Origin: Eledone cirrhosa
Taxonomy: Eukaryota
NCBI GenBank assembly: GCA_964016885.1
Contig: OZ024741.1
Coordinates: 255,130,001-255,194,000, forward strand
Direction of reading: 5' to 3'
Length of the DNA stretch: 64,000 nucleotides
In this document: positions 26,840-39,300 of the stretch, one piece after another
How positions within the stretch are numbered: position 1 is the first letter of the stretch
Layout of the letters: each line of letters begins with the position of its first letter
Program-made: the position numbers and the translations under genes
Notes under the pieces: generated by a model
Told to the model about the DNA's origin: nothing
The model's input: only the letters and a program-made list of their open reading frames with translations
Databases searched by the model: none

Positions 26840-29800
26840 TTGTTGTAGTTGTTGCTGTTTTCTCTGTCAGTGCCAGTGTTGTTGTAGTTGTTGCTGTTTT
26901 TTGTGTCAGTGCCAGTGTTGTTGTAGTTGTTGCTGTTTTCTCTGTCAGTGCCAGTGTTGTTGTTGTTGTTGCTGTTTTCTCTGTCAGTGCCAGTGTTGTA
27001 GTTGTTGCTGTTTTCTCTGTCAGTGCCAGTGTTGTTGTAGTTGTTGCTGTTTTCTGTGTCAGTGCCAGTGTTGTTGTTGTTGCTGTTTTCTGTGTCAGTG
27101 CCAGTGTTGTTGTTGTTGCTATTTTCACTGTCAGTGCCAGTGTTGTTGCTGTTGCTGTTTTCTCTGTCAGTGCCAGTGGTGTTGTAGTTGTTGCTGTTTT
27201 CTGTGTTAGTGCCAGTGTTGTTGTAGTTGTTGCTGTTATCTGTGTCAGTCCAGTGTTGTTGTTGTTGCTGTTTTCTCTGTCAGTGCCAGTGTTGTTGTAG
27301 TTGTTGCTGTTTTCTGTGTCAGTGCCACTGTTGTTGTTGCTGTTTTCTCTGTCAGTGCCAGTGTTGTTGTAGTTTTTGCTGTTTTCTGTGTCAGTGCCAG
27401 TGTTGTTGTTGCTGTTGTTGCTGTTTTCCGTGCCAATGTTGTTGTAGTTGTTGCTGTTTTCTGTGTCAGTGCCGGTGTTGTTGTTGTTGCTGTTTTCTCT
27501 GTCAGTGCCAGTGTTGTTGTTGTTGCTTTTTTCTCTGTCAGTGCCAGTGTTGTTGTTGTTGTTTTCTCTGTCAGTGCCAGTGTTGTTGTAGTTGTTGCTG
27601 TTTTCTCTGTCAGTGCCAGTGTTGTTGTAGTTGTTGCTGTTTTCTGTGTCAATGCCAGTGTTGTTGTTGTTGCTGTTTTCTCTGTCAGTGCCAGTGTTGT
27701 AGTTGTTGCTGTTTTCTCTGTCAGTGCCAGTGTTGTTGTAGTTGTTGCTGTTTTCTGTGTCAGTGCCAGTGTTGTTGCTGTTGTTGCAGTTTTCTGTGTC
27801 AGTGCCAGTGTTGTTGTTGTTGCTGTTTTCTCTGTCAGTGCCAGTGTTTTTGTTGTTGCTGTTTTCTGTGTCAGTGCCAGTGTTGTTCTAGTTGTTGCTG
27901 TTTTCTGTGTCAGTGCCAGTGTTGTTGTAGTTGTTGCTGTTTTCTCTGTCAGTGCCAGTGTTGTTGTAGTTGTTGCTGTTTTCTCTGTCAGTGCCAGTGT
28001 TGTTGTAGTTGTTGCTGTTTTCTGTGTCAGTGCCAGTGTTGTTGTTGTTGCTGTTTTCTCTGTCAGTGCCAGTGTTGTTGTAGTTATTGCTGTTTTCTGT
28101 GTCAGTGCCACTGTTGTTGTTGCTGTTTTCTGTGTTAGTGCCAGTGTTGTTGTTGTTGCTGTTTTCTCTGTCAGTGCCAGTGTTGTTGTTGCTGTTTTCT
28201 CTGTCAGTGCCAGTGTTGTTGTTGCTGTTTTCTGTGTCAGTGCCATTGTTATTGCTGTTGTTGCTGTTTTCTCTGTCAGTGCCAGTGTTGTTGTTGCTGT
28301 TGTTGCTGTTGCTGTTTTCTCTGTCAGTGACAGTGTTGTTGTAGTTGTTGCTGTTTTCTCTGTCAGTGCCAGTGTTGTAGTTGTTGCTGTTTTCTGTGTC
28401 AGTGCCAGTGTTGTTGTTGTTGCTGTTTTCTCTGTCAGTGCCAGTGTTGTTGTAGTTGTTGCTGTTTTCTGTGTCAGTGCCACTGTTGTTGTTGCTGTTT
28501 TCTGTGTCTGTGCCAGTGTTGTTGTTGCTGTTTTCTCTGTCAGTGCCAGTGTTGTTGTTGCTGTTTTCTCTGTCAGTGCCAGTGTTGTTGTAGTTGTTGC
28601 TGTTTTCTGTGTCAGTGCCAGTGTTGTTGTAGTTGTTGCTGTTTTCTCTGTCAGTGCCAGTGTTGTTGTAGTTGTTGCTGTTTTCTCTGTCAGTGCCAGT
28701 GTTGTTGTAGTTGTTGCTGTTTTCTGTGTCAGTGCCAGTGTTTTTGTTGTTGCTGTTTTCTCTGTCAGTGCCAGTGTTGTTGTAGTTGTTGCTGTTTTCT
28801 CTGTCAGTGCCAGTGTTGTTGTAATTGTTGCTGTTTTCTGTGTCAGTGCCAGTGTTGTTGCTGTTGTTGCTGTTTTCTGTGTCAGTGCCAGTGTTGTAGT
28901 TGTTGCTGTTTAATTGGTCAGTGCCAGTGTTGTTGTAGTTGTTGCTGTTTTCTCTGTCAGTGCCAGTGTTGTTGTAGTTGTTGCTGTTTTCTCTGTCAGT
29001 GCCAGTGTTGTTGTAGTTGTTGCTGTTTTCTGTGTCAGTGCCAGTGTTGTTGTTGTTGCTGTTTTCTCTGTCAGTGCCAGTGTTGTTGTAGTTGTTGCTG
29101 TTTTCTCTGTCAGTGCCAGTGTTGTTGTAGTTGTTGCTGTTTTTTGTGTCACTGCCAGTGTTGTTGTAGTTGTTGCTGTTTTCTCTGTCAGTGCCAGTGT
29201 TGTTGTTGTTGTTGCTGTTTTCTCTGTCAGTGCCAGTGTTGTAGTTGTTGCTGTTTTCTCTGTCAGTGCCAGTGTTGTTGTAGTTGTTGCTGTTTTCTGT
29301 GTCAGTGCCAGTGTTGTTGTTGTTGCTGTTTTCTGTGTCAGTGCCAGTGTTGTTGTTGTTGCTATTTTCACTGTCAGTGCCAGTGTTGTTGCTGTTGCTG
29401 TTTTCTCTGTCAGTGCCATTGATGTTGTAGTTGTTGCTGTTTTCTGTGTTAGTGCCAGTGTTGTTGTAGTTGTTGCTGTTTTCTGTGTCAGTGCCAGTGT
29501 TGTTGCTGTCGCTGTTTTCTCTGTCAATGCCAGTGTTGTTGTAGTTGTTGCTGCTTTCTCTGTCAGTGCCAGTGTTGTTGTAGTTGTTGCTGTTATCTGT
29601 GTCAGTGCCAGTGTTGTTGTTGTTGCTGTTTTCTCTGTCAGTGCCAGTGTTGTTGTAGTTGTTGCTGTTTTCTGTGTCAGTGCCACTGTTGTTGTTGCTG
29701 TTTTCTCTGTCAGTGCCAGTGTTGTTGTAGTTTTTGCTGTTTTCTGTGTCAGTGCCAGTGTTGTTGTTGCTGTTGTTGCTGTTTTCCGTGCCAGTGTTGT

Positions 29801-30419
29801 TGTAGTTGTTGCTGTTTTCTGTGTCAGTGCCGGTGTTGTTGTTGTTGCTGTTTTCTCTGTCAGTGCCAGTGTTGTTGCTGTTGCTGTTTTCTCTGTCAGT
29901 GCCAGTGTTGTTGTTGTTTTCTGTGTCAGTGCCAGTGTTGTTGTAGTTGTTGCTGTTTTCTGTGTCAGTGCCAGTGTTGTTGTAGTTGTTGCTGTTTTCT
30001 GTGTCAGTGCCAGTGTTGTTGTAGTTGTTGCTGTTTTCTCTGTCAGTGCCAGTGTTGTTGTAGTTGTTGCTGTTTTCTCTGTCAGTGCCAGTGTTGTTGT
30101 AGTTGTTGCTGTTTTCTGTGTCAATGCCAGTGTTGTTGTTGTTGCTGTTTTCTCTGTCAGTGCCAGTGTTTTTGTTGTTGCTGTTTTCTGTGTCAGTGCC
30201 AGTGTTGTTCTAGTTGTTGCTGTTTTCTGTGTCAGTGCCAGTGTTGTTGTAGTTGTTGCTGTTTTCTCTGTCAGTGCCAGTGTTGTTGTAGTTGTTGCTG
30301 TTTTCTCTGTCAGTGCCAGTGTTGTTGTAGTTGTTGCTGTTTGCTGTGTCAGTGCCAGTGTTGTTGTTGTTGCTGTTTTCTCTGTCAGTGCCAGTGTTGT
30401 TGTAGTTATTGCTGTTTTC

Positions 30420-31070
30420 TGTGTCAGTGCCACTGTTGTTGTTGCTGTTTTCTGTGTCAGTGCCAGTGTTGTTGTTGTTGCTGTTTTCTCTGTCAGTGCC
30501 AGTGTTGTTGTTGCTGTTTTCTCTGTCAGTGCCAGAGTTGTTGTTGCTGTTTTCTGTGTCAGTGCCATTGTTATTGCTGTTGTTGCTGTTTTCTCTGTCA
30601 GTGCCAGTGTTGTTGTTGCTGTTGTTGCTGTTGCTGTTTTCTCTGTCAGTGCCAGTGTTGTTGTAGTTGTTGCTGTTTTCTGTGTAAGTGCCACTGTTGT
30701 TGTTGCTGTTTTCTGTGTCTGTGCCAGTGTTGTTGTTGTTGCTGTTTTCTCTGTCAGTGCCAGTGTTGTTGTTGCTGTTTTCTCTGTCAGTGTCAGTGTT
30801 GTTGTAGTTGTTGCTGTTTTCTGTGTCAGTGCCACTGTTGTTGTTGCTGTTTTCTGTGTCAGTGCCAGTGTTGTTGTTGTTGCTGTTTTCTCTGTCAGTG
30901 CCAGTGTTGTTGTTGCTGTTTTCTCTGTCAGTGCCAGAGTTGTTGTTGCTGTTTTCTGTGTCAGTGCCATTGTTATTGCTGTTGTTGCTGTTTTCTCTGT
31001 CAGTGCCAGTGTTGTTGTTGCTGTTGTTGCTGTTGCTGTTTTCTCTGTCAGTGCCAGTGTTGTTGTAGTT
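30420..31070. repeat. Short higher-order duplication, offset 402 bp
   Basis: The rare GCCAGAGTT variant occurs at 30531 and 30933 with the same flanking unit order. Confidence 0.75.
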
Positions 31071-33356
31071 GTTGCTGTTTTCTCTGTCAGTGCCAGTGTT
31101 GTAGTTGTTGCTGTTTTCTGTGTCAGTGCCAGTGTTGTTGTTGTTGCTGTTTTCTCTGTCAGTGCCAGTGTTGTTGTAGTTGTTGCTGATGTCTCTGTCA
31201 GTGCCAGTGTTGTTGTAGTTGTTGCTGTTTTCTGTGTCAGTGCCAGTGTTGTTGTTGTTGCTGTTTTCTCTGTCAGTGCCAGTGTTGTTGTAGTTGTTGC
31301 TGTTTTCTGTGTCAGTGCCATTGTTGTTGTAGTTGTTGCCGTTTTCTCTGTCAGTGCCAGTTTTGTTGTAGTTGTTGCTGTTTTCTGTGTCAGTGCCAGT
31401 GTTGTTGTTGCTGTTTTCTCTGTCAGTGCCAGTGTTGTTGTAGTTGTTGCTGTTTTCTCTGTCAGTGCCAGTTTTGTTGTAGTTTTTGCTGTTTTCTGTG
31501 TCAGTGCCAGTGTTGTTGTAGTTGTTGCTGTTTTCTTTGTCAGTGGCAGTGTTGTTGTTGTTGCTGTTTTCTCTGTCAGTGCCAGTGTTGTAGTTGTTGC
31601 AGTTTTCTCTGTCAGTGCCAGTGTTGTTGTTGTTGTTGCTGTTTTCTCTGTCAGTGCCAGTGTTGTTGTTGTTGCTATTTTCACTGTCAGTGCCAGTGTT
31701 GTTGTTGTTGCTATTTTCACTGTCAGTGCCAGTGTTGATGTTGTTGCTATTTTCACTGTCAGTGCCAGTGTTGTTGTTGTTACTGTTGCTGTTTTCTGTG
31801 TCAGTGCCAGTGTAGTTGTTGTTACTGTTGCTGTTTCCTGTGCCACTGCCAGTGTTATTGTTGCTGTTGTTGCTGTGTTGTCTGTCAGTGCCAGTGTTGT
31901 AGTTGTTGCTGTTTTCTCTGTCAGTGCCAGTGTTGTTGTAGTTGTTGCTGTTTTATGTGTCAGTGCCAGTGTTGTTGTTGTTGCTGTTTTCTGTGTCAGT
32001 GCCAGTGTTGTTGTTGTTGCTATTTTCACTGTTAGTGCCAGTGTTGTTGCTGTTGCTGTTTTCTCTGTCAGTGCCAGTGATGTTGTAGTTGTTGCTGTTT
32101 TCTGTGTTAGTGCCAGTGTTGTTGTAGTTGTTGCTGTTTTCTGTGTCAGTGCCAGTGTTGTTGCTGTTGCTGTTTTCTCTGTCAGTGCCAGTGTTGTTGT
32201 AGTTGTTGCTGCTTTCTCTCTCAGTGCCAGTGTTGTTGTAGTTGTTTCTGTTTTCTGTCTCAGTGCCAGTGTTGTTGTTGTTGCTGTTTTCTCTGTCAGT
32301 GCCAGTGTTGTTGTAGTTGTTGCTGTTTTCTGTGTAAGTGCCACTGTTGTTGTTGCTGTTTTCTGTGTCTGTGCCAGTGTTGTTGTTGTTGCTGTTTTCT
32401 CTGTCAGTGCCAGTGTTGTTGTTGCTGTTTTCTCTGTCAGTGTCAGTGTTGTTGTAGTTGTTGCTGTTTTTTGTGTCAGTGCCAGTGTTGTTAGAGTTGT
32501 TGCTGTTTTCTCTGTCAGTGCCAGTGTTGTTGTTGTTGTTGCTGTTTTCTCTGTCAGTGCCAGTGTTGTAGTTGTTGCTGTTTTCTCTGTCAGTGCCAGT
32601 GTTGTTGTAGTTGTTGCTGTTTTCTGTGTCAGTGCCAATGTTGTTGTTGTTGCTGTTTTCTGTGTCAGTGCCAGTGTTGTTGTTGTTGCTATTTTCACTG
32701 TCAGTGCCAGTGTTGTTGCTGTTGCTGTTTTCTCTGTCAGTGCCAGTGATGTTGTAGTTGTTGCTGTTTTCTGTGTTAGTGCCAGTGTTGTTGTAGTTGT
32801 TGCTGCTTTCTGTGTCAGTGCCAGTGTTGTTCCTGTTGCTGTTTTCTCTGGCAATGCCAGTGTTGTTGTAGTTGTTGCTGCTTTCTCTGTCAGTGCCAGT
32901 GTTGTTGTAGTTGTTGCTGTTTTCTGTGTCAGTGCCAGTGTTGTTGTAGTTGTTGCTGTTTTCTGTGTCAGTGCCAGTGTTGTTGTTGTTGATGTTTTCT
33001 CTGTCAGTGCCAGTGTTGTTGTAGTTGTTGCTGTTTTCTGTGTCAGTGCCACTGTTGTTGTTGCTGTTTTCTCTGTCAGTGTCAGTGTTGTTGCTGTTGC
33101 TATTTTCACTGTCGGTGCCAGTGTTGTTGTTGTTGCTGTTTTCTGTGTCAGTGCCAGTGTTGTTGTTGTTGCTGTTTTCTCTGTCAGTGCCAGTGTTGTT
33201 GTTGTTGCTGTTTTCTGTGTCAGTGCCAGTGTTGTTGTAGTTGTTGCTGTTTTCTGTGTGAGTGCCAGTGTTGTTGTAGTTGTTGCTGTTTTCTGTGTCA
33301 GTGCCAGTGTTGTTGTAGTTGTTGCTGTTTTCTCTGTCAGTGCCAGTGTTGTTGTA

Positions 33357-36300
33357 GTTGTTGCTGTTTTCTCTGTCAGTGCCAGTGTTGTTGTAGTTGT
33401 TGATGTTTTCTGTGTCAATGCCAGTGTTGTTGTTGTTGCTGTTTTCTCTGTCAGTGCCAGTGTTGTAGTTGTTGCTGTTTTCTCTGTCAGTGCCAGTGTT
33501 GTTGTAGTTGTTGCTGTTTTCTGTGTCAGTGCCAGTGTTGTTGCTGTTGTTGCTGTTTTCTGTGTCAGTGCCAGTGTTGTTGTTGTTGCTGTTTTCTCTG
33601 TCAGTGCCAGTGTTGTTGTAGTTATTGCTGTTTTCTGTGTCAGTGCCACTGTTGTTGTTGCTGTTTTCTGTGTCGGTGACAGTGTTGTTGTTGTTGCTGT
33701 TTTCTCTGTCAGTGCCAGTGTTGTTGTTGCTGTTATCTCTGTCAGTGCCAGTGTTGTTGTTGCTGTTTTCTGTGTCAGTGCCATTGTTATTGATGTTGTT
33801 GCTGTTTTCTCTGTCAGTGCCAGTGTTGTTGTTGCTGTTGTTGCTGTTGCTGTTTTCTCTGTCAGTGCCAGTGTTGTTGTAGTTGTTGCTGTTTTCTCTG
33901 TCAGTGCCAGTGTTGTAGTTGTTGCTGTTTTCTGTGTCAGTGCCAGTGTTGTTGCTGTTGCTGTTTTCTCTGTCAGTGCCAGTGTTGTTGTAGTTGTTGT
34001 TGCTGTTTTCTCTCTCAGTGCCAGTGTTGTTGTAGTTGTTGCTGTTTTCTGTGTCAGTGCCGGTGTTGTTGTTGTTGCTGTTTTCTCTGTCAATGCCAGT
34101 GTTGTTGTTGTTGCTGTTTTCTCTGTCAGTGCCAGTGTTGTTGTTGTTGCTGTTTTCTGTGTCAGTGCCAGTGTTGTTGTTGTTGCTGTTTTCTGTGTCA
34201 GTGCCAGTGTTGTTGTAGTTGTTGCTGTTTTCTGTGCCAGTGCCAGTGTTGTTGTAGTTGTTGCTGTTTTCTGTGTCAGTGCTAGTGTTGTTGTAGTTGT
34301 TGCTGTTTTCTCTGTCAGTGCCAGTGTTGTTGTAGTTGTTGCTGTTTTCTGTGTCAGTGCCAGTGTTGTTGTTGTTGCTGTTTTCTCTGTCAGTGCCAGT
34401 GTTGTTGTTGCTGTTTTCTGTGCCAGTGTTGTTGTAGTTGTTGCTGTTTTCTGTGTCAGTGCCGGTGTTGTTGTTGTTGGTGTTTTCTCTGTCAGCGCCA
34501 GTGTTGTTGTTGTTGCTGTTTTCTCTGTCAGTGCCAGTGTTGTTGTTGTTGCTGTTTTCTGTGTCAGTGCCAGTGTTGTTGTAGTTGTTGCTGTTTTCTG
34601 TGTCAGTGCCAGTGTTGTTGTAGTTGTTGCTGTTTTCTCTGTCAGTGCCAGTGTTGTTGTAGTTGTTGCTGTTTTCTCTGTCAGTGCCAGTGTTGTTGTA
34701 GTTGTTGATGTTTTCTGTGTCAATGCCAGTGTTGTTGTTGTTGCTGTTTTCTCTGTCAGTGCCAGTGTTGTAGTTGTTGCTGTTTTCTCTGTCAGTGCCA
34801 GTGTTGTTGTAGTTGTTGCTGTTTTCTGTGTCAGTGCCAGTGTTGTTGCTGTTGTTGCTGTTTTCTGTGTCAGTGCCAGTGTTGTTGTTGTTGCTGTTTT
34901 CTCTGTCAGTGCCAGTGTTTTTGTTGTTGCTGTTTTCTGTGTCAGTGCCAGTGTTGTTATAGTTGTTGCTGTTTTCTCTGTCAGTGCCAGTGTTGTTGTA
35001 GTTGTTGCTGTTTTCTCTGTCAGTGCCAGTGTTTTTGTAGTTGTTGCTGTTTTCTGTGTCAGTGCCAGTGTTGTTGTTGTTGCTGTTTTCTCTGTCAGTG
35101 CCAGTGTTGTTGTTGCTGTTTTCTCTGTCAGTGCCAATGTTGTTGTAGTTATTGCTGTTTTCTGTGTCAGTGCCACTGTTGTTGTTGCTGTTTTCTGTGT
35201 CGGTGCCAGTGTTGTTGTTGTTGTTGCTGTTTTCTCTGTCAGTGCCAGTGTTGTTGTTGCTGTTTTCTCTGTCAGTGCCAATGTTGTTGTAGTTGTTGCT
35301 GTTTTCTGTGTCAGTGCCAGTGTTGTTGTTGTTGCTGTTTTCTCTGTCAGTGCCAGTGATGTTGTAGTTGTTGCTGTTTTCTGTGTTAGTGCCAGTGTTG
35401 TTGTAGTTGTTGCTGTTTTCTGTGTCAGTGCCAGTGTTGTTGCTGTTGCTGTTTTCTCTGTCAGTGCCAGTGTTGTTGTAGTTGTTGCTGCTTTCTCTGT
35501 CAGTGCCAGTGTTGTTGTAGTTGTTGCTGTTTTCTGTGACAGTGCGAGTGTTGTTGTTGTTGCTGTTTTCTCTGTCAGTGCCAGTGTTGTTGTAGTTGTT
35601 GCTGTTTTCTGTGTCAGTGCCACTGTTGTTGATGCTGTTTTCTCTGTCAGTGCCAGTGTTGTTGTAGTTTTTGCTGTTTTCTGTGCAGTGCCAGTGTTGT
35701 TGTTGTTGCTGTTTTCTCTGTCAGTGCCAGTGTTGTTGCTGTTGCTATTTTCACTGTCAGTGCCAGTGTTGTTGTTGTTGCCGTTTTCTGTGTCAGTGTC
35801 AGTGTTGTTGTTGTTGCTGTTTTCTTTGTCAGTGCCAGTGTTGTTGTTGTTACTGTTGCTGTTTTCTGTGTCAGTTCCAGTGTTGCTGTTGCTGTTTTCT
35901 GTGCCAGTGCCAGTGTTATTGTTGTTGTTGTTGCTGTTTTCTGTGTCAGTGCCACGGTTGTTGTTGCTGTTGTTGCTGTTTTCTGTGTCAGTGCCAGTGT
36001 TGTTGTTGCTGTTTTCTGTGTCAGTGCCAGTGTTGTTGTTGCTGTTGTTGCTGTTTTCTGTGTCAGTGCCGGTGTTGTTGTTGTTGCTGTTTTCTCTGTC
36101 AGTGCCAGTGTTGTTGTTGTTGCTGTTTTCTGTGTCATTGCCAGTGTTTTCTCTGTCAGTGCCAGTGTTGTAGTTGTTGCTGTTTTCTCTGTCAGTGCCA
36201 GTGTTGTTGTAGTTGTTGCTGTTTTCTGTGTCAGTGCCAGTGTTGTTGCTGTTGTTGCTGTTTTCTGTGTCAGTGCCAGTGTTGTTGTTGTTGCTGTTTT

Positions 36301-39300
36301 CTCTGTCAGTGCCAGTGTTTTTGTTGTTGCTGTTTTCTGTGTCAGTGCCAGTGTTGTTCTAGTTGTTGCTGTTTTCTGTGTCAGTGCCAGTGTTGTTATA
36401 GTTGTTGCTGTTTTCTCTGTCAGTGCCAGTGTTGTTGTAGTTGTTGCTGTTTTCTCTGTCAGTGCCAGTGTTTTTGTAGTTGTTGCTGTTTTCTGTGTCA
36501 GTGCCAGTGTTGTTGTTGTTGCTGTTTTCTCTGTCAGTGCCAGTGTTGTTGCTGTTGTTGCTGTTTTCTGTGTCAGTGCCAGTGTTGTTGTTGTTGCTGT
36601 TTTCTCTGTCAGTGCCAGTGTTTTTGTTGTTGCTGTTTTCTGTGTCAGTGCCAGTGTTGTTATAGTTGTTGCTGTTTTCTCTGTCAGTGCCAGTGTTGTT
36701 GTAGTTGTTGCTGTTTTCTCTGTCAGTGCCAGTGTTTTTGTAGTTGTTGCTGTTTTCTGTGTCAGTGCCAGTGTTGTTGTTGTTGCTGTTTTCTCTGTCA
36801 GTGCCAGTGTTGTTGTTGCTGTTTTCTCTGTCAGTGCCAATGTTGTTGTAGTTATTGCTGTTTTCTGTGTCAGTGCCACTGTTGTTGTTGCTGTTTTCTG
36901 TGTCGGTGCCAGTGTTGTTGTTGTTGTTGCTGTTTTCTCTGTCAGTGCCAGTGTTGTTGTTGCTGTTTTCTCTGTCAGTGCCAATGTTGTTGTAGTTGTT
37001 GCTGTTTTCTGTGTCAGTGCCAGTGTTGTTGTTGTTGCTGTTTTCTCTGTCAGTGCCAGTGATGTTGTAGTTGTTGCTGTTTTCTGTGTTAGTGCCAGTG
37101 TTGTTGTAGTTGTTGCTGTTTTCTGTGTCAGTGCCAGTGTTGTTGCTGTTGCTGTTTTCTCTGTCAGTGCCAGTGTTGTTGTAGTTGTTGCTGCTTTCTC
37201 TGTCAGTGCCAGTGTTGTTGTAGTTGTTGCTGTTTTCTGTGACAGTGCGAGTGTTGTTGTTGTTGCTGTTTTCTCTGTCAGTGCCAGTGTTGTTGTAGTT
37301 GTTGCTGTTTTCTGTGTCAGTGCCACTGTTGTTGATGCTGTTTTCTCTGTCAGTGCCAGTGTTGTTGTAGTTTTTGCTGTTTTCTGTGCAGTGCCAGTGT
37401 TGTTGTTGTTGCTGTTTTCTCTGTCAGTGCCAGTGTTGTTGCTGTTGCTATTTTCACTGTCAGTGCCAGTGTTGTTGTTGTTGCCGTTTTCTGTGTCAGT
37501 GTCAGTGTTGTTGTTGTTGCTGTTTTCTTTGTCAGTGCCAGTGTTGTTGTTGTTACTGTTGCTGTTTTCTGTGTCAGTTCCAGTGTTGCTGTTGCTGTTT
37601 TCTGTGCCAGTGCCAGTGTTATTGTTGTTGTTGTTGCTGTTTTCTGTGTCAGTGCCTCGGTTGTTGTTGCTGTTGTTGCTGTTTTCTGTGTCAGTGCCAG
37701 TGTTGTTGTTGCTGTTTTCTGTGTCAGTGCCAGTGTTGTTGTTGCTGTTGTTGCTGTTTTCTGTGCCAGTGTTGTTGTAGTTGTTGCTGTTTTCTGTGTC
37801 AGTGCCGGTGTTGTTGTTGTTGCTGTTTTCTCTGTCAGTGCCAGTGTTGTTGTTGTTGCTGTTTTCTGTGTCATTGCCAGTGTTTTCTCTGTCAGTGCCA
37901 GTGTTGTAGTTGTTGCTGTTTTCTCTGTCAGTGCCAGTGTTGTTGTAGTTGTTGCTGTTTTCTGTGTCAGTGCCAGTGTTGTTGCTGTTGTTGCTGTTTT
38001 CTGTGTCAGTGCCAGTGTTGTTGTTGTTGCTGTTTTCTCTGTCAGTGCCAGTGTTTTTGTTGTTGCTGTTTTCTGTGTCAGTGCCAGTGTTGTTCTAGTT
38101 GTTGCTGTTTTCTGTGTCAGTGCCAGTGTTGTTATAGTTGTTGCTGTTTTCTCTGTCAGTGCCAGTGTTGTTGTAGTTGTTGCTGTTTTCTCTGTCAGTG
38201 CCAGTGTTTTTGTAGTTGTTGCTGTTTTCTGTGTCAGTGCCAGTGTTGTTGTTGTTGCTGTTTTCTCTGTCAGTGCCAGTGTTGTTGTAGTTGTTGATGT
38301 TTTCTGTGTCAATGCCAGTGTTGTTGTTGTTGCTGTTTTCTCTGTCAGTGCCAGTGTTGTAGTTGTTGCTGTTTTCTCTGTCAGTGCCAGTGTTGTTGTA
38401 GTTGTTGCTGTTTTCTGTGTCAGTGCCAGTGTTGTTGCTGTTGTTGCTGTTTTCTGTGTCAGTGCCAGTGTTGTTGTTGTTGCTGTTTTCTCTGTCAGTG
38501 CCAGTGTTGTTGTAGTTATTGCTGTTTTCTGTGTCAGTGCCACTGTTGTTGTTGCTGTTTTCTGTGTCGGTGACAGTGTTGTTGTTGTTGCTGTTTTCTC
38601 TGTCAGTGCCAGTGTTGTTGTTGCTGTTATCTCTGTCAGTGCCAGTGTTGTTGTTGCTGTTTTCTGTGTCAGTGCCATTGTTATTGATGTTGTTGCTGTT
38701 TTCTCTGTCAGTGCCAGTGTTGTTGTTGCTGTTGTTGCTGTTGCTGTTTTCTCTGTCAGTGCCAGTGTTGTTGTAGTTGTTGCTGTTTTCTCTGTCAGTG
38801 CCAGTGTTGTAGTTGTTGCTGTTTTCTGTGTCAGTGCCAGTGTTGTTGCTGTTGCTGTTTTCTCTGTCAGTGCCAGTGTTGTTGTAGTTGTTGTTGCTGT
38901 TTTCTCTCTCAGTGCCAGTGTTGTTGTAGTTGTTGCTGTTTTCTGTGTCAGTGCCGGTGTTGTTGTTGTTGCTGTTTTCTCTGTCAATGCCAGTGTTGTT
39001 GTTGTTGCTGTTTTCTCTGTCAGTGCCAGTGTTGTTGTTGTTGCTGTTTTCTGTGTCAGTGCCAGTGTTGTTGTTGTTGCTGTTTTCTGTGTCAGTGCCA
39101 GTGTTGTTGTAGTTGTTGCTGTTTTCTGTGCCAGTGCCAGTGTTGTTGTAGTTGTTGCTGTTTTCTGTGTCAGTGCCAGTGTTGTTGTAGTTGTTGCTGT
39201 TTTCTCTGTCAGTGCCAGTGTTGTTGTAGTTGTTGCTGTTTTCTGTGTCAGTGCCAGTGTTGTTGTTGTTGCTGTTTTCTCTGTCAGTGCCAGTGTTGTT

